Source: Mobula hypostoma (lineage: Eukaryota). Taken from it: a stretch of DNA of 64,000 nucleotides. The number at the start of each line of letters is the position of its first letter. Positions within the stretch are counted from its first letter, which is position 1. A model generated the notes under the pieces. That model ran no database searches. It saw nothing but the letters and a program-made list of their open reading frames with translations, and was not told the DNA's origin. The position numbers and the translations under genes were made by a program. Below, piece after piece: positions 52,741-64,000 of this stretch. Location: NCBI RefSeq assembly GCF_963921235.1, contig NC_086097.1:227728001-227792000 (forward strand), given 5' to 3'.

Positions 52741-54036
52741 TCACAGAAGTGGAGATTTGTCATAACCTGGGGAAGAGCTGTAATGATTTAGTATTTTGCT
52801 TAGCAGTGCTAAACAGGATGCTGGGTAAACACACAAGTTCTAGTTCCAAAAAACACCACAATAATTACTTCATAATTGTCTTACATCAGTTGGAGAGAAC
52901 AATAATCATAGCTTTGGTGAAACTGTGTTTACTGACAGAAAATTCTAAAAATGCAGTCTTATTTCTGTTGGTCCATGTCAAGGGCTTATACAATTAGTTA
53001 AGTACTATTTTGTTTGTTTGTTTCTTAGTCTGAATAAACATTGGTAACTTCCTGCATTAGGCTAATATAAAGCCAGTTTAATCTTCCATGTGTGTTGCAA
53101 AATAGAAGTTAAAGTCAAGGATCTCAAAGTGGAATGGATCCAATGGAATTCTCATTCATAATAGAGAGGGCCTGTTGAGGGTCCAAGTGTTGGGATGGAC
53201 AGCAGATTTTGATGGACTGTAGATCATAGTCTCTGGGGACTTGCTGTTGCTTGCATTGTGAGTGGTGTGGGGGAGCGCTGATGGTTTTGCTGAAGCAAGG
53301 AGGGAGCTGATGCTTTTGCTTCTGCTTTTGTGTGGGATGGGGAGTGTAGAGCTCTGGGGTTCTGACGTTTTTATGTCATTCATTCTTTGTTTTTTTCTCT
53401 CTCTGTTTTGTGGATGTCTGCGAAGAGTAAGAATTTCAGGTTGTATACCATATACATTCTCTGGTTTTCAATTGAATGATTGAACCATTGACAGTGCTAG
53501 TCCATTAATTCTCTCACCATATTTCATTCATCTAAGTAATTACTATCACAAGAACATACCATTCTCATTTCAGCTTCTGTCTCATATGATGGCAGGCATT
53601 TTAACAATTTCCCTACAGGTGTTACCTGCCATGTCAGGGAACAAGCAACATCAAACAAGTAATCCATGCTGTATTTTGAAAAACTAATGAAGCCAATTAA
53701 CGCCTTTTTTATGGAGTTACCTCCTAGGAAAATCACTAATCCGCTCTATTAAGGGGAAATGCGTTACATGTACTGACCTCTGTTGGCAGCAACTTCAGCT
53801 TCCTGAGTCAGAGGTGTAGGTTCAAACTTCCTCCTTGGGGTGTGAGCAGTGTTGGGAGTATACCATGTTAGTAAAGGTGCCATAGTTATCTCCCTGTTTG
53901 GATATCAGTAAATTAGATGATCGCTATTCTGAATTCACTATGGTTTCCTGGACTACAAAAACGACTTCACTACAAAAAGTACTGCGTTAGATCTACAGAC
54001 TTAGAAACATCACTAGTCCATCAGCCCAGAGTATCA

Positions 54037-54599
54037 CTATGTTCGTCCATCGTTGACGTCGATGAGCACCTGGACACCATTGTGATGGTGCCAAGACTAG
54101 CGCGTGGTTTGGATTTAAGTGAGGGAGAGTTGCGTAGCGTCAGCCTCACTCTCTCTTCCCAATTCCTATCTGGATCCAGTGACAAGACAGAGTCGAGACA
54201 GCTGGAGATGGGACTAGGCGCAGTGGATGACCAGGACGTCTTCTGTGTCTTGTCCTGCTCTACACGTTCCATGACGCTTGCAGAGACCGCCTTCTTGACC
54301 GCTGGGCCTTCCATAGGTCTCGTCTGCTCAATCCGCCGGAGTCTGTCTTCACATGCTGAGATAGACAACTCCCTATCTCACCGAGGTTTTGAGACCCGTC
54401 GGCTACCCTCACCTGGTTTAGCCGGCTTGTCGAAGCCATTGCCCAGGGTGTGGCCGCAGTCGCATGCAAACAGCTACAAGGAGCCACAGGTGAGAGCTGA
54501 GTGCCAGGTGGGGACCAAAGGTAGACTAAATGCCTTGAAAAGGACGCGACATGTTCCCCCACCAGAGGTGCTACCACTCCCTGACACCCCATACACCCC
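54037..54599 (-). mobile_element. Non-autonomous non-coding retroposon, probably RTE-type (5' UTR + 3' tail)
   Basis: TSD CCAGAGTATCA at 54026-54036 and 54600-54610; GC- and CpG-rich relative to flanks; 3' hairpins; ends GGACGAACA. Confidence 0.8.
54406..54599 (-). ncRNA. Predicted HDV-like self-cleaving ribozyme
   Basis: P1 GGGGUGU/ACACCCU, P2 CUCUCACCUG/CAGGUGAGGG, P3 GGC/GCC, P1.1 CC/GG, P4 GGCUU-CGAC-AAGCC, J4/2 GGCUAA. Confidence 0.75.
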
Positions 54600-55090
54600 C
54601 CAGAGTATCATACTGACTGCATTTCAAACTTTACTAAATTCTTTGATAAAGACATTCAGGTCAACTTGAATTTATGGAATGTGTGATAATCTATAGCTTA
54701 TGGAAATATAAATGGAATACATCAGAGCTCTTCAACATTTAATATTGTATTTAAGACTGTTGCCATGCACAACCATGAAGAAAGTTTCTGCTACCAGTGT
54801 GAATATTCCTTTAATGAGATTTTTAGAGTTAGTCTACAACTAGGAAGGGAATCCTCTTGGAATTGATCATTTGAGACCAAATTTGCACACACACAGCTTT
54901 CTAGAAAAAGTCAAATTCAAAAAGGCACAAGGGAAAATGCAACATGTCCTTTGAATCTGTCTACACTTCCTGCTGCCTTGGGGGGTTAAAAAAACCTAAC
55001 ATAATAAATCAGATTCAGGTTTATTTTCACTGAGCATATATCATGAAATGTGTTGTTTTGCAGAAGTACAGTGCAAGACATAGAAATTAC

Positions 55091-56163
55091 TAACACATGA
55101 GGAATTCTGCAGATGCTGGAAATTCAAGCAACACACATCAAAGTTGCTGGTGAACGCAGCAGGCCAGGCAACATCTAGGAAGAGGTACAGTCGACGTTTC
55201 GGGCCGAGACCCTTCATCAGGACTAACTAAAGGAAGAGCTAGTAAGAGATTTGAAAGGGGGAGGGGGAGATCCAAAATGATAGGAGAAGACAGGAGGGGG
55301 AGGGATGGAGCCAAGAGCTGGACAGGTGATTGGCAAAAGGGATATGAGAGGATCATGGGACAGGAGGTCCAGGAAGAAGGAAAAGGGGGAGGGGGGAAAA
55401 CCCAGAGGATGGGCAAGGGGTACAGTCAGAGGGACAGAGGGAGAAAAAGGAGAGAGAGAGAAGGAATGTGTGTATATAAATAAATAACGGATGGGGTACG
55501 AGGGGGATGTGGGGCATTAGCGGAAGTTAGAGAAGTCAATGTTCATGCCATCAGGTTGGAGGCTACCCAGACAGAATATAAGGTGTTGTTCCTCCAACCT
55601 GAGTGTGGCTTCATCTTTACAGTAGAGGCCGTGGATAGACATATCAGAATGGGAATGGGATGTGGAATTAAAATGTGTGACCACTGGGAGATCCTGCTTT
55701 CTCTGGCGGACAGAGCATAGGTGTTCAGCAAAACCATATCCCAGTCTGCGTCGGGTCTCACCAATATAAAGAAGGCCACATCGGGGGCACCGGACGCAGT
55801 ATATCACCCCAGCCGACTCACAGGTGAAGTGTCGCCTCACCTGGAAGGACTGTCTGGGGCCCTGAATGGTGGTAAGGGAGGAAGTGTAAGGGCATGTGTA
55901 GCACTTGTTCCGCTTACAAGGGTAAGTGCCAGGAGGGAGATCAGTGGGGAGGGATGAGGGGGGACGAATGGACAAGGGAGTCGCGTAGGGAGCGATCCCT
56001 GCGGAAAGCAGAGAGGAGGGGGAGGGAAAGATGTGCTTAGTGGTGGGATCCCGTTGGAGATGGCAGAAGTTACGGAGACTAATATGTTGGACCCGGAGGC
56101 TGGTGGGGTGGTAGGTGAGAACCAGGGGAGCCCTATTCCTAGTGGGGTGATGGGAGGATGGAG
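55091..56163 (-). mobile_element. Young Penelope-like 3' fragment (Cys-rich linker + GIY-YIG endonuclease + terminal repeat)
   Basis: ORF 55517-55975: CKRNKCYTC, GVIYCVRCPRCGLLYIGET, THFN, LEEQHLIF. Confidence 0.92.
55189..55224 (-). ncRNA. Minimal type I hammerhead ribozyme
   Basis: AGUC-CUGAUGA-AGGGUCUCGGCCC-GAA-ACGU-C^GACU; palindromic stem III. Confidence 0.8.
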
Positions 56164-56967
56164 TACACTTCCTCCCTTACCATACCCGGCGACAACTGTC
56201 AGACACCTTCTCTTACTGATTCCTCGAACAGTACCTCACTAAGGAACACCAAGCCATTGTCTCCCACACCTTCACTGGGCTTATTAGCTCTGGAGATCTC
56301 TCATCCACTGCCACCAACCTCATAGTTCCCTCATCCTGCACCTTCTGTTTCTATCTCCTACCCAAGATTTACAAACCTGCCTGTCCAGATAGACCCATTA
56401 ATTCTGCTTGGTCCTGCCCCACAGAACATATATCTGCTTACCTCGACTCTGTTTTAATCCTCCTGGTTCTGTCCCTTCCTGCCTACAACGATAACACTTC
56501 ACAGCTCTGGATCTTTTCAATGACTTCAAGTTTCCTGGCCTTGATCATCTCAGTTTCACCATGGATGCCCATCCCCCATCAGGAGGGCCTTTAATCTCTC
56601 TGCTTCTTTCCAGATAACAGACCCATCCTGTTCCTATCCACCACCACTCTCCTCCACCTTTTGAAACTTGTCCTCACTCTCAATAATTTTTCCTTTGGCT
56701 CCTCCCACTTTCTCCAAACCAAAGGTGTTGGCATGGGTACTTGCATGAGTCCAAGCTATGCCTGCTTTTTGTCAGCTATGTGAAACAGTCTATCCTCCAA
56801 GCTTACACTGGCATCACTCTCCAACATTTCCCATCCTACATCAACGACTGCTTTGGTGCTGCTTCCTGCACCCATGCAGTGCCCGTCAACTTCATCAACT
56901 TTGCCTCCAACTTCCACCCTGGCCTCAAATTTACCTGGTCCATTTCCAACACCTCCCTCCCTTTTCT

Positions 56968-57007
<40 letters not shown>

Positions 57008-58278
57008 AGAATTTTTATATACTAATATCATTTATAAACCCACTGACTCTGACAGCTACCGGGACTATACATCTTCCTACCCTGTCACTTGTAAAAATGC
57101 CATCCCCTTCTCTCAATTCCTCCATCTCTACTGCATCTACTCTCAGGATGACGCTTTTCATTCCAGAACTAGTAAGATGTTCCCCTTCAAAGAAAAGAGG
57201 CTTTCCTTCCTCAAACATCGACGCTGCTCTCACCCACATCTCTTCCATTTCATGCACGTCTGCCCTCACCCCATCTTCCCGCTACCCCACAGAGATAGGG
57301 TTCCTCTTGTCCTCACGTACCACCCCAGTAGTCTCTGTGTCCAGCACATAATTCTCTGTAACTTCTGCCATCTCCAATGGGATCCCACCACAAAGCACAT
57401 CCTTTCTTCCCCCCCCCCAACTTTCCTCATTCTGCGACTCCCTTATCCATTCATCCCTCCCCACTGATCTCCATCCTAGTATTTATCCTTGCAGGTGAAC
57501 CTAGTGCCACATCTGCCCCTATATCTCTCCCTCACTACCAATCAAGGCCCCAAACAGTCCTTCCAGGTGAGGCGACACTTCACCTTTAAGCCTGTTAGGG
57601 GTTACCTACCATATTCTGTGCTCCTGGTGTGGCCTCCTGTATATCGATGAGACCTGACGTAGATTGGGAGACCGCTTCACCAAGCACCTATGCTCCATCC
57701 ACCAGAACAAGCGGGATATCCTGGTGGCCATCCATGTCAATTCTATTTCCCATTCCCATTCCGTCATGTCATTCAATAGCATCCTCTACTGCCATGATGG
57801 GGCCACACTCAGGATGGAGGAACAACACCTTATCTTCTGTCTGGGAGGCCTCCAACTTGACGGCATGAATATTGATTTCTTGAACTTCCGTTAATTAACC
57901 CCCTCCGCCTATTAATTATTCCCATCCCCGTATCCCTCTCTCACCTTACCTCCTTACCTGCCCACCACCTTCCTCTGATGCTCCTCCCCTTCCCTCTCCT
58001 CCGTGGTCTTCTACCCTCTCCTATCAGATTCCCCCTTCTCCAGCCCTTTATCTCTTTGACCTATCAAATTCCCAGCTCTTTAGTTCACTCCTCCCCCTCT
58101 CCCGGTTTTACCTGTCACCTTGTATTTCTTCATTCCCTCCAGCACCATCTTGCTCTAATGTCTTATCTCTTTTTTTTCCAGTCCTGATGAAGGGTCTTGG
58201 CCTGAAATATTGATTTTTTACTCTTTTCTATAGATGCTCCCTGGCCTGCTGAGTTCCTCCGGCATTTAGTGGGTGTTA
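56164..58278 (+). mobile_element. Degenerate Penelope-like element (RT + GIY-YIG + terminal repeat)
   Basis: FYLLPKI.K, QTKGVGMG, YINDCFG, YKPTDS, RFTKHL; CCTGATGAAGGGTCTTGGCCTGAAA at ~58183. Confidence 0.88.
56971..57005. repeat. (CT)n microsatellite inside the PLE RT
   Basis: Pure TC run. Confidence 0.95.
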
Positions 58279-59499
58279 CAAAGTAGTGTTCATGGATTCT
58301 TTAACTGTTCAGTAACCTGATTTTGAATTGAATTGAACTGACTTTATTACTTACAACTTTCATATACATGAGGAGTAAAAATCTTTACCTTACGTCTCCA
58401 TCTACACGTGCAATGTGCAATTTATAGTAATTTATAATAAATAGTATGTACAACAGGACAGTCAGTATAACAGAGAAATACGATTGTAGCCGCATGAATT
58501 AATCAGTCTGATGCCTGGTGGAAGAAACCGTCCTGGAGCTTGTTGGTCCTAGCTTTTATGCTGTGGTACTGTTTCTCAGATGGTAGCAGTTTGTGGTTGG
58601 AGTGACCTGCGTCTCCAATGATCCTTTGGGCCCTTTTTACACACCTGTCTTTTAAATATCCTGAATAGTGGGTTCACAGGACCAATAGGCTGGTCCTGGA
58701 CTTATTTCCTGGCACAATTTACATATTACTATTCAATATTTATGCTTTTATTACTATTCATTATTTATGGTGCAACTGTAACGAAAACCAGTTTCCCCCG
58801 GGATCAATAAAGTACGACTATGACTATACTCAGCTGCAGAAATGAAGAAGCTATTCCTAAATTATTGAGCATGATCTTCAGGACTCCTGTACCACGACCG
58901 CTTTGATGGTAGTAATGAGAAGTCCGTAATGATGACGCCACCACCTCGAGGCACAATCTCTTTATGTTGTTCTTGATGGTGAGAGGCTTGTGCCCATGAC
59001 GGAACTGGTAGAGTCTGCAGCCTTCTGCTATCTCCTGTGACCCTGTGCATTGGAGTTTCCACACCAGCTGCCAATGTAACCAGTAAGAATGCTCTCCAAA
59101 GTACATCTGTAGGAATTTGCTCGAGCCTTTGGTTATACATCAAATCTCCTCAAACTCCAAATGAAATATTTTAGTTTGTGATTGCATCAATGTATTGTCT
59201 CTAGGATGCATCCTCTGAGATGTTAATGCCAGGAACTTGAAGCTGCTCACCCTTTTCACCATGAACACCTCAATGAGGACTGGAGTGTGATCTCCAAAAC
59301 TTCCCTATAAAATAATCACTCTTTATGTGCAGCCCCCTCAGACGCAAACTTGCCTCATTAGCCGGCTCTGCTAACAGCCACGGGACCCAGTGGTAGAAAG
59401 CCACCTTTCATATACGTCTGGGGTCAGTATGATTTAGGGTTCAACCAAACAGGAGCATCGTGATGTTCCCATTAAAGAAATCTCGAATTGAATGGACAC

Positions 59500-60050
59500 T
59501 GTGTAAATACTGCCCATACACAATTATCAGCCCGCAAGAAATAACAGATCGTACACCACATAAAATTATAAAGAATGTATATCTACAAATTTCAGCTTTA
59601 TCGAACAGTTAGTAGTAAAGAGAAAAGAAAAAATAAATAAGAACAGTTAAAAACCAGTCCAAATGTGCACATATAGTTGGAGCTCATCCTGGAGTTCTCT
59701 TTTGAATCACGTGCTGGCCCCACGGTCTATATGGAAGCACACACCACATTCCAAACCTTGCTCAAAATCCACCTCGAAACAACTGGCTCTCTCTCAGGAG
59801 AACTGGCCGTTCCACCTTGGGGCCACTCATCTACACAAAGCGCTTCTTGCATCCGGGACGCCCCTTCCCATGGCATTCTCAGCCATCTTCCCTCCTGTCC
59901 TCTCCGCAGCTCCCGCCAAAATGAGCCGCAAACCACACTGTCCTTCACCAAAGCTCTCTCGAACTTTCTCCCGATTCTACCATCCTGGTTGGCTGACACA
60001 TTCCTAAGCGGAACAGCAGGGCTCTTATCCCCGGCCGAGAGCAAAACATT
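59500..60050. mobile_element. Possible LTR-like fragment
   Basis: TG start, A-rich tract and CpG-richer body; no TSD or matching CA end confirmed. Confidence 0.3.
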
Positions 60051-60058
60051 CTACGAGC

Positions 60059-60220
60059 AGGACACACACAAAATGCTGGAGGAACTCAGCAGGCTAGGGA
60101 GCATCTACGGAAAAATACGGTCGACGTTTCGGGCCAAGACACTTTGGCAGGACTGGCAATTCCTCCAGCAGTTTGTGTGTGTTACTTGGATTGCCAGCAT
60201 CTGCAGATTTTCTCTTGTTT
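60059..60220. mobile_element. PLE-derived fold-back element
   Basis: ACACACACAAAATGCTGGAGGAA ... TTCCTCCAGCAGTTTGTGTGTGT; turns just past the hammerhead motif. Confidence 0.8.
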
Positions 60221-60731
60221 CTTACAAGCTTTTGCAGAAAACTGCTGAAATGAAATACCTGCTGCATAGCAGTATAAATCATAACCAGGGCATTACATAT
60301 GCATTGAGGGGGAAAACAAAACTGAGAAGAGAAAAGTGTTCTTAAAATCAACAGCAGTAAATTACTCTGAAGTTCCACTATGGGTCCCCGAGATTCCAGG
60401 AAACTCTGCAGAATGTCAGAGTCAAAAGGCAACAACCTAGCTAGGTAGGATTACAGACTCGAACAAAAACAAATCAACTAAAAATTCCATAACTGAATGA
60501 AAAGTTTGGACCGATGATCTCAATTAAATTGGCTCCTTGAGACAACCAGCTCTCAGCTTCTGAAGACAATACAATGCATTGGGGATTATGAACAAACTGC
60601 AATATTTCGCACTTTTATAATTTTTAGCATCCTACTGACAAGTACTAAAATTCTTATTTATGCTTCTAATGGTGAAATGAATCAGATACAAAATCAGTTT
60701 CATAATCACTGACATATGTTGTGAAATTGAA

Positions 60732-61480
60732 GCAGCACACACAACATGCTGGAGGAAATCAGCAAGTCAGGCAACATTTATGGAAAAGAGAAAACAGTCA
60801 ATGTTTTGGGACAAGACCCTTCATCAGAACTGGAAAGAAAGATGAACAGGCAGAGTAAGAAGATGGAGGGAGTGGAAGGAGTGGAGGAAGAGGTAGCAGG
60901 TGGTAGGTGACAGATGAAATTGGGATGGTGGGAGGGGTGAAGTAAGGAGCTGGAAAGTTGATTTGTGAAAGAAATACAGGGCTGGAGAAGGTGGAATCTG
61001 ATAGGAGAGGGTGGAAGACCATGGAAGAAAAGAAGGAGTACCAGACAGAGGTGATGGGCAGGTAAGGGGATAATATGAGAGGGGAGTGGGAATGGGGAGT
61101 GAAGTGGATCATTTACCAGAAATTCAAGAAATCGATGTTCATGCCATCAAGTTGGAGGCTACCCAGACAGAATATAAAGTGTTGCTCCTCCATCCTAATT
61201 GTGGCATCATTGCAACAGTAGAGGAGGCCAGGGACTGACATGTTGGAATGGGAATGGGAAGTGGGATTAAAATGGGTGGCCACTGGGAGATCCTGCTTCT
61301 TCTGGCAGACAGAGCGCAGGTGCTCGGCGAAGTGGTCTCCCAATCTACGTCAGGTCTCACCAATATACAGGAGGCCACACTTGGAGTACCGGGCACAGTA
61401 TATGACCCCAACAGACTCACAGGTGAAGTGTCACCTCAGCTGGCAGGATTTTAGGGGCAGGTGTAGCCCTTGTTCTGCTC
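60732..61480 (-). mobile_element. Penelope-like 3' fragment
   Basis: GDHFAEHL...VATHFN...EEQHFIFCLGSLQ; terminal repeat. Confidence 0.88.
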
Positions 61481-61484
61481 ACAA

Positions 61485-62290
61485 GAATCAGATATCAGAG
61501 GATCAAAATGTGAAATTTGGTTGTTTAATGCCAGCATTATAATGCCATATATAAAGTATACAATAAATTACAACCAGAAATATATATATATCTATAAAGA
61601 ATAAATAAGAAGTGCAAAAAATAACAAAATAGTTAGCAGTGTTTATGGGTTTATGGACTTATGACGAAAGAGAAGAAGCTCTTCCTAAAACATTGAGTTT
61701 GGCTCCTCAGGATCCTACACCTCCTCCCCGAGAGTAGTAATGAGCAGTGAGTCTGCCCTGGTGGGGGATCCTTAATGATGGACGTCATCTTTTTGAGGCA
61801 TGACCTTTTGACGGTGTCCTGGAAGCTGGAGAGGCTAGTGTCCGTGATGGAGCTGACAGAGTCTACAGCCCTCTGCAGATTTTTCTGATCTTTTGCAGCA
61901 ACCCTCCCCCATACCAGACAGTGATGTATCCAGTTAGAATACTCCCCACAGTAGAAATTTTCAAGTGCCTTTTGTGATGTACTGAACTCCTAATGAAATA
62001 CAGCTACTAGCGTGCCTACTTCATAATTGCATCAATATGTTGAGCCCAGGGTAGATCTTCAGAGATGTTGACACCCAGGGACTTGAAACTGCTCATGCTA
62101 TCCGCTACTGACCCCTCAGATGAGGACTGCTGTGTGTTCCCTTGACTTCCCCTTCCTGAAGCCCACAGTCAATTCCCTGCTCTTACTGATGGTGAGCACA
62201 AAGTTATTGTTGAGACACCACTCAACCAGCTGATCTATCTCACTTCTGTACGCCATCTCGTTGTCATCCGAGGTTCGGTCAACAAAACTG
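61485..62290 (-). mobile_element. Rex1/Babar 3' fragment
   Basis: Colinear with 17380-18160; NNFVLTISKS.ELTVGFRK. Confidence 0.7.
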
Positions 62291-62419
62291 GGACCATTAT
62301 CAGACTTTTGACCAGACCTCCCATGTGCTAAGTGATGAACTCCTGATCTCCCAATCTATCTGACTGTGGCACTTACACCTCACTTGCCTGCCTGCATGTA
62401 AATAGGGATGTGGGTGAAT

Positions 62420-62690
62420 GCAAGCACCACAATAGCGTTGCAGTTAGCGTGACGCTATTACGGTTTGGGACGTTCCGGAGATTGCAGTTCAATTCCGGAG
62501 CCGTCATTGTACGTCCTTCCCCTGAAATGCTTGGGTTTTCATCGGGTGTCCAGTTTCCTCCCACAGTCCAAAGACAAACCTGATAGGTTTGTAAATTGGC
62601 TCATGATAGGATCAGGGTTCATCTCCGGTTTGATGCAGTTGCTAGCGTGGCATGGCTCGAAGGGTTAGAATCTGTGTTGTATCGCTAAAT
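62420..62690 (+). mobile_element. V-SINE
   Basis: TAGCGTTGCAGTTAGCG, GTTCAATTCC, CCAGTTTCCTCCCACAGTCCAAAGAC. Confidence 0.75.
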
Positions 62691-63003
62691 AACATAAGTA
62701 AACAAGTGAGAATAGCTTTGATAGTCATCTTGGTCAACAAAGGCAAGTTGGGCCAATAGGCCTCTTTCCATGTTTCGTGACGCATGTATGGCAAATCTGT
62801 CTAGATGGCACGCACAACGAAAGCTTTTCACTTTATATCTGCACAGGTAACAATAATAAACCAATACCACGTATCTTGGGTAAAATGTTAATTAACAGAC
62901 TTAAAAGTAAGGCTTATAATGTTTAGTGAAAGTAAGAAGAGTTGTTAGTAATGCACTTTTAAGTCAACATGCAAAAATGTTGCCTTTTCAGTACAAATAG
63001 ACA

Positions 63004-63070
63004 CAGTACTGTCCAAAAGTCTTTGGCACATATAGAGAGTTAGGGTGTCTAAGAACTTTGCTCTGTACTG
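63004..63070. mobile_element. Tiny Tc1-like MITE (two TIRs plus short spacer); related partial copies at ~63410 and ~63575
   Basis: CAGTACTGTCCAAAAGTCTTTGGCAC ... GTGTCTAAGAACTTTGCTCTGTACTG-TA. Confidence 0.6.
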
Positions 63071-63741
63071 TATTTGTCAACGTGGAGTGGAGAGTGAATT
63101 TGTAACTCTGGTGAGAGCAAAGGCTGTTGGGAGTCGCAAGGGTGGAGCACTGCGAAAGGGTGGGGGACAGATGGCAGAGAATACTTGATCCCAAATAATT
63201 GGTTATTGATCACTACAGAATATCTCGCTGATGTTTCCCTCTCCTTCCTCTCTCCCTTCCCCTTTTCCCAACCATGATTCCCCTCTCCCTGCCTCCTTCC
63301 CACTCTCGGTCCACAACAGAGACCCTATCAGAGTCAGTTTTACTATCACTCACATATGTCATGAAATTAGTCTTTTTTGTGGCCACAGTACTTTGCAATA
63401 AAGTTATTACAGTACTGTGTAAAAGTCTTAGGCATCCTAGTTTTACATATACTGTAATTAAGACTTATGCACTGTCCGCTTGAAGATGAGACAGAGATAG
63501 GGGTAAGGTATGACTGAGCATCATCAGCATATGCATTTTTTTGCTGCAGTACAGTGCAATGCGTGAAATTCATAGAGCACTGTGCAAAACTCTAGAATTT
63601 TTGCACAGCACCGTATTTTGAAGTCGTACACAGAAACAGATACCTGTAATTACTCATTACATATAAGTAAAATAGTCCAACAAATACCAGGTTGGAGTTT
63701 AAATAGTGCTGTCTAGTGGAGGTGGCAGGTGCAATGTAATG

Positions 63742-64000
63742 TACACCCTGTGGCCACATTATTAGACACCTCCCGTATCTAATAAAGTGGCCATTGACTG
63801 TATGTCTGTGATCTTCTCCTGCTGTAGCCCATCCACTTCAACGTTCAGAGATGTTCTTCTGCACATCGCTGATGTAAAGTGTAGTTATCTGAGTTACTGC
63901 TAACTTCCAGTCAGCTTGAATCAGTCTGCCCATTCTCCTCTCACCTCTCTCATTAGTGCACAGAACTTCCACTCAGTCGATGTTTCTTTTTTATTTTTCA
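63742..64000. mobile_element. Tc1-like non-autonomous element terminus
   Basis: TA-CACCCTGTGGCCACATTATTAG...CTAATAAAGTGGCCATTGACTGTA inverted TIR pair. Confidence 0.6.

Larger units (their letters stand above)
55005..59310 (-). mobile_element. Rex1/Babar LINE 3' fragment split by PLE and other inserts
   Basis: Tail at ~55005-55090 matches 17345-17440; resumes at ~58280 and ~58830-59310, colinear with 17490-18020. Confidence 0.6.

Noticed and set aside
53917..54669. 250-aa ORF as a protein-coding gene
   Set aside because: Runs antisense through the GC-rich retroposon and across both TSDs; no recognisable domain
59677..60345. 222-aa ORF
   Set aside because: Chance read-through of an LTR-like segment and a PLE fold-back

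Overview
Vertebrate non-coding DNA dominated by transposable elements. It is probably from a cartilaginous fish (inferred from HE1-like V-SINEs, abundant CR1 LINEs and Penelope-like elements), and I see no supportable host exon. Contents: many CR1, Rex1/Babar, L1, Nimb/I and RTE LINE pieces, Penelope-like elements (PLEs) with minimal hammerhead ribozymes, two hAT DNA transposons, Gypsy LTR remnants, Tc1-like termini and SINEs. Highlights: (1) a TSD-flanked, CpG-rich ~560 bp non-coding retroposon (54037-54599, minus strand) whose first nucleotide is the predicted cleavage site of an HDV-like ribozyme carrying an unusual hairpin inside L3; (2) a five-layer nest (CR1 > Charlie hAT > LTR-A > Gypsy-B > CR1) whose two halves now lie in opposite orientation ~15 kb apart, recording an inversion; (3) a CR1 > hAT > L1 nest with both TSDs readable; (4) several short PLE fold-back insertions that turn around at or near the hammerhead motif. 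All family assignments and alignments were made by eye, and ends without a TSD are approximate.
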